A stretch of 64,000 nucleotides of DNA. It comes from Eledone cirrhosa (lineage: Eukaryota). The DNA lies in NCBI GenBank assembly GCA_964016885.1, contig OZ024743.1, positions 54,746,001 to 54,810,000 of the forward strand. The letters are read 5' to 3'. The notes below the pieces were generated by a model, which saw nothing but the letters and a program-made list of their open reading frames with translations, was not told the origin of the DNA and searched no databases. Positions within the stretch are counted from its first letter, which is position 1. Each line of letters begins with the position of its first letter. Position numbers and translations under genes: made by a program. Positions 13,971-27,217 of the stretch are shown in pieces.

Positions 13971-14211
13971 TTTGCCTTTGACATTTTGAATGTTTTCTTC
14001 TCCTTCATCACTCTTAATTTTTCAATATTGCGTCCTCCATTTACTTCTTTTTATTCTTCTTCTTTGTCGTTTTCTTAATATGTTTCCTATAATTATGCTT
14101 GATAGAATTGTTAGATCATCAAACAAACTGACATGGATTATTCTTTCCAGCACTTTGTATTTTGAGTTGAAACCTGCCGAAGTCGATTTTGTCATTCTTT
14201 GGTTGGTAAAA

Positions 14212-14392
14212 TAATTGTTTCTACGTTTTGGCACAAGGCCAGCAAATACCCAGTACATTACTGGTACTTTATTTTATCGACCCCGTAAGGATGAAAGGCA
14301 AAGTTAACCTCGGCGGGATTTGAACTCAGATCGTAAAGGGACGTAACTATGCTGGAAAGCATGTCCGACCCTCTACCGATACTGCCAATTCA
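14212..14392 (-). mobile_element. tRNA-SINE family 2
   Basis: Matches the consensus. Further copies at 26695-26825(-), 36052-36220(+), 38832-39045(+), 52998-53118(-), 56395-56520(-), 56606-56815(-), 59406-59625(-); decayed copies at 14695-15110 and 37915-38110. Confidence 0.9.
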
Positions 14393-16209
14393 AACATTAT
14401 TAGTGCGTAAGCGTGTGTTCTACGTTAGTGACATGAAGTAAACACAGATACACAGGAGACAATTCTATATCTCGTTACAAAATAGGTTTCTACACAAAAA
14501 AAAAAAACGTATTTCAAAATAATTGTTTCTACTTTAGGCACAAGGCCAGCAATTACCCAAATGCATGTTTATCATCTCTCTACTCTCATTCCATACGTTC
14601 CTTAATGTACCAGTAAAATATTGAGGTCTATAAAATAAACTCCCATCACCAAATTAATAGCCTTGTTCCTAAATTAAAAATAACAATTATTAATAGGATG
14701 GTGGAGTGATAGAGCAGTTTGAGGGTCGGATAAGTTCTTTTCAATATTTGTTCCAGCTCTTTAAGTTTCTGAAATCCCGTCACGCCAAGGACAACGCTGG
14801 TTTTCACCCTTCCGGGGAGTAAAATAAGGTTCTATTGACGTAGTGGAGTCGATATAATCGAATTTCCCTCCTCCCATAATTGTTGGCCTTAGCATCCATT
14901 ATTAAATTTGGTAAATCAGAACATTGGACATTTTCTGGTATGTGTTCTAACTCTTTACGTCCTGAGGTCAAATCGTGACGACATCGCCTTTACCTTTCTT
15001 ACTTCCAGGATGGATTAATATAAAGTAACAATCAAATCCAGGAATCGTTTAAACTGTCTAACCCCTCCTTTCAAAATATGTGGCGCGGAACCTTATTTTA
15101 GAAACAGTATTATTTCATGTTCTGTAAATTCCTGCGGTGAACAGATCTGAAAGGAAACAGGGAACAAAATCTATTTTTTAGAACCTGGTTTTACATAGTG
15201 ACGGGGTGAGCCTCTTAACACCCCAGACATGCCTATATGTCCATATAAGGGCAATTATAGCAGAATCCTCCTTCTTCGAGTCAAAGTATGAATGAAACAT
15301 ACACACACACACGGCTTCAGCATTATGTGTTTGTGGGTTCAATCCCATACCGCTGCACCTTAGGTAAATATGTTCTTCTCTAGCCTCGGGTTGACTAATG
15401 CTTTCTGAATGAAATTTGTTTGACGGACACGGCAGAGGCTCATTGCATATATACGTGTCTGTGTGTGCGCGCACGAGTATGTGAGAGAGAGATATGGGTT
15501 TATCCGTATCTATTACCGGTTTAACAACAAAGAGATGGATAGAATAAGTACCAGATTTGAAGTCAAGGTAGTAATCCAGCATGGCCGCAATCTCATGACT
15601 GAACCCAATAAAAAATATAACTCCATCAATGTACACGGACTGACAATCAGTTATGATCTTTGAACACGCAATATAGTATTAAAACTATTCACATAATAAA
15701 CCATAGCGACAATAATGATGATTCCGATGATGATGATGATGACTGTAATAGCAACAACAACTATAATAATCATAACAATAACAACGGCGACATCAACGAC
15801 AAAAACAATATTAAAAAAATAACGATTTGTTTCGAAGCAATTAAAAAAAAAAGAGGAACCGAATTGAAGTAGTGAAACAATTGCAGAGTGTTTGGTATGC
15901 TAAGCTAAGCTATTTCAGTTACCATCACATAAAAATAAAAGATTTTTGAAGATTAGTGGATGGCTGGAGAGGAGTGGAGAAGGGGATGTTAGTCTTTGAG
16001 TGACATACAATCTAAATTATAGCACTTCTCCCTTCTGCATGGTCCTTCACTCAAATTCATTTCACTTACGGTAAACACACAGTTAAGCTAGCGAGACAAA
16101 TGCATTCATACGTACACACAGAAACACACCAACTCACGTACACATACACGTACACTTTTACAGAAACGCATATACATACAAATTAAACTAACATACATAG
16201 ACACCCACG

Positions 16210-16255
<46 letters not shown>

Positions 16256-16269
16256 GTATGAGCAGAAAT

Positions 16270-16306
<37 letters not shown>

Positions 16307-18127
16307 AGCGCTTACGACAAAACTACAGACGACAAGTGAACGTTAATATGGCGGCATGGATTAAGAAAAGATTTAAAAAATTACGAAGAAAGACTGAATG
16401 AAATAACAAAGGAAAATAACAATAACATATATATATAATGAAACAATGAAATAAAATGGGAGAAAATGAGAAAAAAACACTTTCTTGCTTCAATGAAAGA
16501 GAGATAGATTTTGTAAGAAACGTTCTGAAAATTATTGTAGAAAACTAAAATAAAACATCATATGAATAAATGTATGTATGTATGAATAAATGTATGTATG
16601 TATGTATGTATGTATGTATGTATGTATGTATGTATGTATGTATGTATGTATGTATGTATGCGTGTATGTATGTATGTGTGTGTGTGCGTATGTGTGTAAG
16701 TGTGTATGTATGTAAAAGGCTTGCAAAAATTGATGGGTAAAAGAAACTTAGAAAGAATACGAACGAAAGAAAGATGGAGAAAAAGATAAGAGAATAAAGA
16801 GAGAGGGGAGGGGGGAAGAGGCTAATAGAAGGAGGGAAAAGGAAGGAGAGAGGCTAATAAAAGGAAAATTAAAACCGAATGATGAAGAAGCAATATGGCG
16901 TTGGAAAAGATGGATGCGGATAGTAAAGTGGCGTCTTTACCATTGCAGTTGTCAGTTTTCTTTCCACTGAATTAGATCTGTGAATAGCGGTACCAAATAT
17001 AGTTCTACCTGGTGGCGCCAGTTTCTTTAACAAATCTCTTCCAAATTCCTTACAATAAACCTCAACTGCAACACCACAAGAATACTCCACCTACTCTAGC
17101 ACTAATAAAACGCACCGTCAACGAATCAACGTAGGAGCCACTTTAAGTGGTGGTCGCTCGGGTTGCTAAAACGGCAACCAAATTACTCGCAAAAATATGC
17201 TACATTCTTTTAATTTCTTTTATTTATTTATTTATTTGTTTGTCTATTTATTTATTCAGTAAAAACAAATTTGAATAATGTAGTCCAAGATTTCACCTTG
17301 TCTCAAACTAGATGGATATTCATAGTTGGGATAGCTTTACAGGATCATGGCTGACCTGGGGCTAAACGAAAACAAAAGCAGCGTCACTGCCTCCTTTTCG
17401 GCCATCATGTCCACATCAACAGCCATTATGACCACATTGCCATCTCAATCAAGATCACCAAATACCAATTATTACCCTCCAAACAACGTCCTAGAATGCA
17501 CACTACCTGAGAGGGAGGCTAGCTGAGTGTATCTTAACTACAATGGGACTTATGGCAGTGGAAAAAGACACAGCTAGGTTAGCCACACTATGCCACCATC
17601 ATGTACACATAAAGTACGGCTTTCTGAAGAAGAAGGGAGACAATGGTAAAGTATGGTGCTTAATACATTAAATAGAGAAATTACATAATATATTTGAGAT
17701 GGAAATAACTTTTGCGGGAGTAGAACTGCTTCACTAAATTAAAATAATCGGCACTTTCATTCAGATATATGAAACAGTTTTAGTCCGGTAGATCTGAATT
17801 ATATATATATAACTGGGGTTAACTTAAAAATCGTCGAGTCACACACATTTCATATAGATATAGATATATATATCCATATGTATTTGACGGACGAGAGAAG
17901 AGAATACTCAATAACGAAGTAGACTTTAAATATTGGAAGGTGAAACACCAGAGTAACAAGTCACACTCCTTAACCATAATAAATATGTGTGTATATATAT
18001 ATATTCTTATACTTTGTGGGGTTATGCTACCAATAAAAAACACACGCACCTCTTGGTTTTCACTTCAATTTATTAGAGATTTCCGGTTGGCTCGTTGGTT
18101 CGATAACCGGAAGGTTGTTTATATATT

Positions 18128-18170
18128 GTCAAAGCTCTTTCGTCACACATTCTGTGACCACCTCAGTGAC
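18128..18170 (-). ncRNA. Type I HHR motif at the 3' end of a PLE fragment
   Basis: GTCA CTGAGGT G GTCACA-GAATG-TGTGAC GAAA GAGC TT TGAC; stems I and II pair perfectly, A9 is mutated. Confidence 0.7.
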
Positions 18171-18499
18171 TAGGTTTTTATTTTGTGTCTCTCCTTTGTT
18201 CTGTCCTACACCATCTAGTTTTGTGTGTTGTGTGTTGTGTACTTAGTTTGCGCATGCGTTACATCCGGGTGTGTGTGTTTTTATTAATTTATTTATTTAC
18301 TTATGTGTTTATTTACTTGTCCCTAGTTGGTTGTTTGTTCGATCTGTGTGTGTCTGATTTGTTTTGTTAGTTTGGTTTTTATGTGTGTCTGTATGTCTTC
18401 ATTTTGTCCTTAGTTACTGATTGTGATGTTGGTATTCCACTCATGTTTTCTGTTTAGTTAAGTTTGGAGTACGTTTATGTTTGTCGCCTCTGTGATTTG

Positions 18500-18905
18500 T
18501 CTACAATTTTGCCCATTTTGTTATGGCTCCTTTATATACCCTGATCTTGTCTCTCTGATTGTAGCCAGATAACTGCATGCGGTAGATGAACTGTTGTATG
18601 TGTCTCTCTAATTCTTTGGGATTGCACACGCGGGACACGCTCCTCATCACTCTTACTAAATCCGCAATCAGTATGTTGATTTTTATTATATCCGAAACAA
18701 TTTCGGTGGATCAGGTATTTGGAGGTCATAGGTTTGGCATAATGCGAATGGCGGAATTAGCGTTCTATTACTAATAATTTACAACCAAAGTTCAGTGGAT
18801 GCTTTCCATGGTGTTCTTCTATAATTCCTGACTGTTCTCTTGTGGGGGTGTTTTTACTACGATATTTATGTCATCTACGTAGCGGGAGTACATAGAGGTT
18901 AGACT
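18500..18905 (-). pseudogene. Penelope-like element reverse transcriptase fragment
   Basis: Manual translation gives MYSRYVDDINIVV and HYAKPMTSKYLIH..KINILIADLVRVMRSVS..ELERHIQQFIYRMQLSGYNQRDKIRVY (PLE RT palm/thumb pattern), frameshifted. Confidence 0.8.
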
Positions 18906-19174
18906 TCCGCTGTTTTCGACGAAAATGTTCCCGTGGTTCGAAATCCTACTCGTGTTCGAAATCCTCTAAGTGTTCTACAGACAATCGTAACCTTAGTTAG
19001 AGTCGGCGTGAATTAGTGTGTGTCAACGTAGAACTCATTCTTACCAGCCGAGAGAGATGTTAAATAAAATGAAATAATATGTTTTGCTTAAAGAAACAAC
19101 ATGCCTCCCTATCAGGTAATCGAACTCGCGAACTTACGATCGTGAACCCGAACATAAAAGTCACAAGACCCCAC

Positions 19175-19253
<79 letters not shown>

Positions 19254-19522
19254 TATTAGATTATATATATATGTACGTGGCTAAGCCCTTGTGGCCAATA
19301 AAGAAACCATATGATGATTTCTCACGAATGAAACAATTCTAGTCCTGTAGAAACTCTTCTATATTAAAAAAAAAAAAGAATATATATATATATATATATA
19401 AGGTCTGTTTTAAGCCAGAAGGGTCATTTGGCCGGTGCTTTTCCCGGTTTCATGGCGTGAAGCGACTGAGAGTACAAGAATCCCCCCTGGACGGGACAGC
19501 AGTACATCGCAGGGTTAAACCT

Positions 19523-19592
<70 letters not shown>

Positions 19593-19593
<1 letters not shown>

Positions 19594-19789
19594 ACGAAGG
19601 AAATGTGGTAAGGAACCAGATGGACCATAACGCACTAAAGTACTCAATACTTAGGGTAGTAGAGTGGGTAATAGGAACAAGTACGACCCCGACGGCTAAG
19701 CTCAAGCCGTTTCGACGGCTAATTCTGGACGTCCAGAATTAGCCGTCGAAACGGCTTGAGCTCAGCCGTCGGGGTCCTACTCGTTCCTA
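19593..19789 (-). mobile_element. Family C fold-back element, copy 2
   Basis: Homologous to 10256-10448; turn sequence AATTCTGGACGTCCAGAATT. Confidence 0.85.
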
Positions 19790-19799
19790 TATATACATA

Positions 19800-19862
<63 letters not shown>

Positions 19863-19869
<7 letters not shown>

Positions 19870-20070
19870 TAACAGATTAAAGTTTAAGCAAAGAATCGCT
19901 GCTTTCATCCTTAACGGATCTTCTTAAGATCCCGTTAAGGGTGAAAGCAGCGATTTTTGCTTAAACTTTAATCTGTTATTTTAATAAATATTTGCTCTAC
20001 GGTTGTTATATATTTGATAAATATTTATCCTTATCCAGCCCTCTTTGGATTTTAGTCTTCAAATTTATTA
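19863..20070 (+). mobile_element. (TA)n-flanked fold-back element (family D)
   Basis: ~58-bp inverted arms turning at the HHR core (AAGA T CCC-GTTAA-GGG T GAAA); homolog at 53221-53297. Confidence 0.75.
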
Positions 20071-20199
20071 TTATATATATATAAAGCACCCCCCTCCTTT
20101 TTTTCCCAATCTCATATATCGATCTTATTTTATTTTTCATATGTTGATTTAACACTTCACTGCTCACAAGTGTTTTTTAAGCTTCATATCATGTCTCCC

Positions 20200-20270
20200 T
20201 ATTTCATCTGATGAGAACGCACATATCATCCCATGATGATATTTGTTTTTGAAATGCGCATAATAAAATA
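20200..20270 (+). ncRNA. Type I hammerhead ribozyme motif with intact core
   Basis: TATTTCAT CTGATGA [16-bp stem II, 2 mismatches, loop CCAT] GAAA T-GCGC-A TA ATAAAATA; palindromic GCGC loop III; stem I 7/8. Confidence 0.8.
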
Positions 20271-21007
20271 CATGGAACTCTTTTAACCATCTTTTGATCT
20301 TACATACATACATACATACATACATAGTATATTATATTATATATATGTACGTGGCTAAGCCCTTGTGGCCAGTAAAGAAACCATATATGTACGTAGCTTA
20401 GATTCACAATTGTGAGGATGTGTGTTCGATTCTTGGACTGGGCAACACTTTACTTCACGACATTCCTCCTGCTAGGCGTTGCAACCGGTAGATAGTATCA
20501 GCAATAGGCAAGACCAATGGGAACATTGCGTTCTTAGCCCGATCTAACGAGTTCCACCACACAAGAAAAAGTTGTAACTAGAATTAAGCAGGCAGTACGT
20601 ATGTATTTGATTGATTACATCGTTATATGCTTGGCTTGAAATTGTTTTATGTTTCGTTTCATCATATCAGTTTTCTACTTCGTAGTGTGACATTTTTAAT
20701 CTTGTGCGAAAGCATAAAGGCGTCTAACTTTTGTATGATCATAAAGGCGCCTGGTTTGTATGATCGTAACTTCGTTTCCCGGACGTTGCTGTGCGTTGTG
20801 ACCTTGGGTGTGGCACTATATTTCACGTGGCTCTAAAACCTTCATTTGGAGAAAATCAGCTGTGAATACACTGATGCTTTTGACTTTCCCTTAGTCAACA
20901 CTATACATATACAACAAACACACAGACACACACACACACACATACATACATACATACATACATACATACATACATACATACATACATACATACATACATA
21001 CACACAG

Positions 21008-21045
<38 letters not shown>

Positions 21046-21315
21046 TTATATATGTAAGTCCAAGTTGACTATTCAAACTTCTTTGCGGAGTATCAGTTCC
21101 AGTGCCATGTATTTTAGATAATCAGGTGATGGATTTATGCGACATCTGAACACACAAAATAAGCAAACTCAAAATGGAAACAAGAACGAAATGAGACATC
21201 ATTGTATTATTTGTGTTTGGGTGTTTCACAGGCTTTAAGAATTCAAAAGCCATTTGTGATCTCATGCCAGGAAGGAACAGACATAAACTGCAAGAAGTGG
21301 TCAAGCGTTTACTTA

Positions 21316-21349
<34 letters not shown>

Positions 21350-21353
<4 letters not shown>

Positions 21354-21810
21354 ATATATTGTTATACTTGGGGAGGTTCATATTGTTGTAATAATATTGC
21401 CAGAAATAATAGCAGAACACACTCACTGTTTGATTGGTTTTCACATCTGTAACTTTTATATCTCCACAGTTAATTCATTTGGTCCACAATGTTTATCATT
21501 GACTGACCAACGGTCAAAAATACAGATATAGTATTGATATAAACACATATATATAGACTAACAAAGTCTTTCGTTGCACATCTGCAACATCATCAGTGGT
21601 ACTATTATGTTCCTCCTGTTGTATTATATGTCTGCGCCATTTTTATTTTATAAATAAACAGATAAAATAAAAATTAAAACAGTGAGTGTGTTCTGTTATT
21701 ATTTCTGGCAATATTATTACCACAATATGAACTTCCCAAGTATAACAATATTTGTTTCGAGATACGATTTCATATAAAAAACCTCGCAAAACAAATTCAT
21801 CACCGCTGTG
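21350..21810. mobile_element. (TA)n-flanked PLE-like fragment: minus-strand HHR and tail, plus an inverted tail copy
   Basis: 21357-21430 is the inverse of 21678-21750; HHR at 21550-21600(-): CTGATGA T GTTGCA-GATG-TGCAAC GAAA GACT-TTGTT-AGTC TA (stem I poor). Confidence 0.75.
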
Positions 21811-22918
21811 TATATATATAAATATATATATATAGTGCAGAAATGTGTTGTTATGACAGTGAAGCTATTATGTATCGGCCTGTCCTTTTCCTTGGACTGC
21901 ATCCGTCAGGTGGAAAAAGGGGACTCACACGCACGGGCGACCACTAGTCTTTTACAATATCATTCTACTCAGTCACGATGTGTCCAGTGTAAATATTAGA
22001 TGACACAACTAAATTTATGTTTCCTGATTCCTTACTTCCATTGTGTGGCGTGTCTTGTAAGAAAGAAAATAATAGAGTGGGAGTGGAAAAAAGGGGGAGT
22101 TGTTCAGATTGTGTACAGTGAAATCAACCCTGGGAACTTAAGATTGCAAAGTGTCTTGCTTGGTGTCTCTACAACAGCGATTAACATAGGGAACAAAGGG
22201 TAAGAATTTTGATTGTTTACAGTGGGATCGAAGAGAAAAGAACTTCTTAATCATACAGCCATGTAGCGCCCTAAGAAAAGATTTAAATAAAAGAGGGAAA
22301 ATTGATGAAAAAAGACAAAATGTTGATTATGCACAATGAGGTCGAATTAGGAAACATATGATTGCATAAGGAACTTCTTAACCATTCAGCCACTACAAAG
22401 ATTATACAAACACGACAAAATTCAAATTTCCTGACTCCCTTTTTTAATGTCGCTCTTTAACAAACGGGCAAAGAATTCGGATTTTATACAGTGGGAATGA
22501 AATCACGATCATGTGATTGCGAAGTGAAGTTTTTAAGAATATTACGATGAAGCCCGCACAGAAAAGATTAAAATAATAGAATGAGGACGGAAAAAATAAC
22601 AAACAAAAAAAAAAAGAAAAGAGAAAAGAAACAAAAGAAGCAGAAAAGTATTTTGATTGTGTAATGTGGGATCGAACTAGGAATATTGTGGTTGTAAAAT
22701 GAAATTTTTTAATCATTTGGCTATGCAGCGTCCACAGTAAAAATTAAAATAAAAGATTGAGAATGGTAAAGGAGGAAAGAATTTTTCGATTGTGTACAGC
22801 TGCAGGAATATTCAGTTGTTATCATGACTTCAGACTCGTTACATTTTCATAATTGTCTTCTCGTTTCGAAATTTAATACTTTGTATTTTGGCAGAAAGCT
22901 GAAAACTAATCAGCTTAC

Positions 22919-23008
22919 ATTTAACGACATGACGTTTGAAAGCATTTCTTGAGGCAACTGTCAGAACGGAAGCAGGATCAGCGATAATTTGTTGTGAAGA
23001 GATTAATT
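22919..23008 (-). CDS. Candidate 90-nt internal exon of an unidentified host gene
   Basis: Pyrimidine-rich acceptor ccttttgaag, donor AT/gtaagc, open phase-1/1 frame ELISSQQIIADPASVLTVASRNAFKRHVVK; no homology recognised. Confidence 0.3.
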
Positions 23009-23916
23009 CTTCAAAAGGATATTGAAATGAGAAATTAATTAAATAGCATAAATTCCACTTATATGTAACTTTTTCCGGGGAAGGAACAACAAGCATGGAA
23101 TTCTTCTTACATGAACAAATAATACGTAGACGTGAAACAAGAAACGCACGTGAAGGAAAGACTATTAGACTGTTTGTTCAGGCTAAAGTAGTGTCTCATT
23201 TGTAATACTATATTACATATTACTCTCTCTCTCTCTCTCTCTCTCCCTCTCTCCCTCTCTCTCTCTCCCTTTCTCTCTTTTTCTCTTTCTCTCATATACA
23301 GACACTCTGAGTAACAATAGAGAGTAAACTTAATAATATAAAAAATATATTTTCTAATTTTTTATTCACCACATTTTCCTCGTGTTTGTCATCTCAAACA
23401 CGTGTATGTGTCTAATTCTATATAAAATTGTACTGTTATCGACCAATGTAATACTTATTTGTTTACATGTGCTGGTATAGAAGTGTGTTGTGGTGGCTCC
23501 TTGTAGGTGCATGATTAACTGACGGTAAAATGTTGTGTTTGTGTAAGCAATGTAACAATTTTTGTCATGAATTTCACAATTTCATGTTTGCATTGTAATT
23601 TATATATCTTATTGGTCATTTGCAGTATATTGTGTGGTTTAGCAGGGTGTGGTTTCATTTCAATGGGGAGTCCTTTATATTATTTGGTATTTTTTGTGGT
23701 ATATTCTAACAATGAATTTGGGGTTAGGGTTGATATATGTTGTGTTTTCTTTAATGAGTTTTTAAATGACGTGTTCATCTATTCTGTAACAGGGTGTAGT
23801 CGGGCCTTGTAGTATTCTAAATGTGTGGTTTGTGTATTTGTCTTGGTACTGCTTCTGTTGTTTTAGTGTGGCTAAATGTGTTTTTATATTATTATCTGAC
23901 ATTATGTAATAATAAA

Positions 23917-24108
23917 GGCGGTGGATTGGCAGTATCAGTAGAGGGTCGGACGCCGTGTTTTGCAGCAAAGAGTTACGGCCCTTTATGGTCTGAGTTCAAA
24001 TCCCGCCGAGGTTAACTTTGCCTTTCATCCTTACGGGGTCGATAAAATAACGTATCAGTAATACACTAGGATAATTGCTGGCCTTGTGCCAAAAATAGAA
24101 ACAATTAT
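23917..24108 (+). mobile_element. Full-length family-2 SINE with 13-bp TSD
   Basis: ATTATGTAATAAT at 23901-23913 and 24104-24116. Confidence 0.92.
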
Positions 24109-24466
24109 GTAATAATGTGTTGGGGTATCTATTGTTTACTGCTCGTTTTACACGCGATAGTTGCTTATTTATATCGTCCTTAGTTGATGAGAATTCAAAA
24201 GCTCGTCTAAGGAGGATTTTAAGTAGAGATATTTTTTATCTATTCGGGTATTCGCTATCTCAGTGCAAATATAGAACTTTGTTTGTGGTTAGTTCTATAT
24301 TTGTTATTACTAATTCCTACGTTAATGTCCAAGATTGGGATGTCATCTTGGGCTGAGTTTGGTTCTGTAATAGATTGTGTAAGTTTCAAAATAAAATTAT
24401 TCTCGAGATCATCTTTAAGAAGATCGCCCTGCTGCGTCACACCAAATACATCATTATCATCATCAT

Positions 24467-24979
24467 CTTCTTTTTCTTCTTCTTTGCCTGTTTATTCCTG
24501 AGAGGGTCATGAGGGTAGAGACCTCAAGCACTCCCTCCAGTGGGTCCTGTCAGAAGCAACCATCTCCAAATGATTCGGCTGGAACCCCAAGCGAGATCAA
24601 CGAAGCTCATGGATGTTATCCAACCATATTACTCGGGGCATACTCCTGGGTCTCCTGCCAGTTGGTTATTGCCCATAAAATCTGTCTAGCGATTCTTTCC
24701 TGAGACATTCTAACCAATGTACTTAGTATCGGATCTGAGATCTCTCAATTCGGAGAAGTAACGGCTCTGCCTAGAGTGACTCTCTGATCTCCGAGCTACG
24801 CAATCCAAAGATCCTTTGGAAGAAACCCGTTTCGGCCGCTTGTATTCGGAATCGTACTTTTTCGGTCATAACCCAAGATTCATGCGACCAAATACCGAAT
24901 TGAAGCAAGCGAGTTTGGCTTTTACACTTACCTCCCTTTTTCTCATTACTGAATGCTGAATCTGGCGCATTACTGCACC
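24467..24979 (-). mobile_element. RTE-clade LINE 3' fragment
   Basis: GAVMRQIQHSVMRKREVSVKAKLACFNSVF matches the 55319-55723 ORF; GAA-rich 3' tail; inserted at the YVDD codons of the PLE. Confidence 0.85.
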
Positions 24980-25654
24980 ATCGTCGACATACCGGATGTA
25001 AATGGTGTGATTGTATTTAGAAACAACTACGTTCTTCATTTTAGAGATGTAAAATGACGAGAGTATGGAGCCCGAAAGGGAACTCATAACCATACCGTCT
25101 GTCTGTATGTAGAGGTTATCTGGTGGACAGCAGGATTGGACCTCAGTTATATATGCAAACAGTAACAACTTAATTGCTGCACAGTAAATGCAGTAATTAA
25201 TTCATTAAGTTTAGTTTTTAACTCAACAGTAATTTCATTCGTAAATGTTATTATCTACAAGTATACTGTTCATTGTTGGTATTTCCATGATAACCAACTG
25301 GTTGCTCTTTTACAAATTACAATCTCCCTGAACATACTCCCTATATATATAAATAACTAAAGAAATCTTTTTAGCTTGCTAGTAGGTTTTAAAACCCTCT
25401 AAAAATGGAAAAGGATGAGTAATGTTAATACTCATCCTTTTCCAATTTTAGAGGGTTTTAAACCCCACTATCAGGCTAAAAAGATTTCTTCAGTCAGAAA
25501 TACGGTGAAAGCTTCTATTTCTACTAAATTTCAAACTTCGCTCACTGTTTCAAAAAAGCAAAACAAAAAAATTTGCTATATATATATGGTGTCGTTCATG
25601 TCGATTTCTAAATAATTGTTCTCGGTATGGGGAACTAACTGTTGTGTTACTACT

Positions 25655-26465
<811 letters not shown>

Positions 26466-27169
26466 TATATATATATGTTCACTCTTTGAATTTGCCCGCC
26501 AAAATCATGTGACCAGGCCGCAGTGACTGATACTATAGTCATTTAACAGCAATGCCTCACACGAAGTTGATGCCACTGAACGCAAACCTATTGAAAACGT
26601 GCGTCGGCGTTCGATCTTCAAACAGTACAGCGTTGCATATTTCACAATTTGTATTGTTGATTTAGGATTCACAGAATCGAATCAAAAATATTATATAATT
26701 GTGGCTGTTTTGGGCACAAGGCCAGGAATTATCCCAGTGCTTACTGGTATTTTATTTTTTTCGACCCAGTAAGGATGAAAGGCAAAGTTAAACTCGGCGA
26801 GATTTGAACTCAGACCGTCTACGGAAATACTTAACACATAACACACACACAGACCCCCCCCCCCCCTACATATATATATGCAATGGCGGACTGTGTCTAA
26901 AAATTTGGTTGCCAGATGAAGGAGGCCCACCTACATATAGAATGCGATCATTTAATTTTTATAATAAAAAAATAGAATTTTCAAAAAATACGTAAGTGGA
27001 AACAAAACAGTGCAACCACATTTTTGCGGAAACATATCTTACCTTCTCCAATAACAAATAGGTATTTTGTGAAATCCAGAGACTTTCACTCAATATATAT
27101 GTATATATAAGGGCGGTGCCCCAGCATGGCCTCAGTCGGATGTCTGAAACAGGTAAAAGGGTAAAAGAG

Positions 27170-27216
<47 letters not shown>

Positions 27217-27217
<1 letters not shown>

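Larger units (their letters stand above)
23400..25135 (-). pseudogene. Decayed Penelope-like element (RT plus GIY-YIG-like remnant), split by RTE and SINE insertions
   Basis: LYIQTDGMVMSSLSGSILSSFYI..IYIRYVDD at 24980-25120 resumes as DVFGV..IPILDINV below 24460; GPTT..YRIDEH GIY-YIG-like motif at ~23770-23810. Confidence 0.75.

Noticed and set aside
13261-13989. 242-aa Thr/Ala-rich ORF with hydrophobic N-terminus
   Set aside because: Trinucleotide repeat open on both strands; start is TTG
16869-17090. 73-aa ORF in unique sequence
   Set aside because: No recognisable homology and ambiguous splice signals
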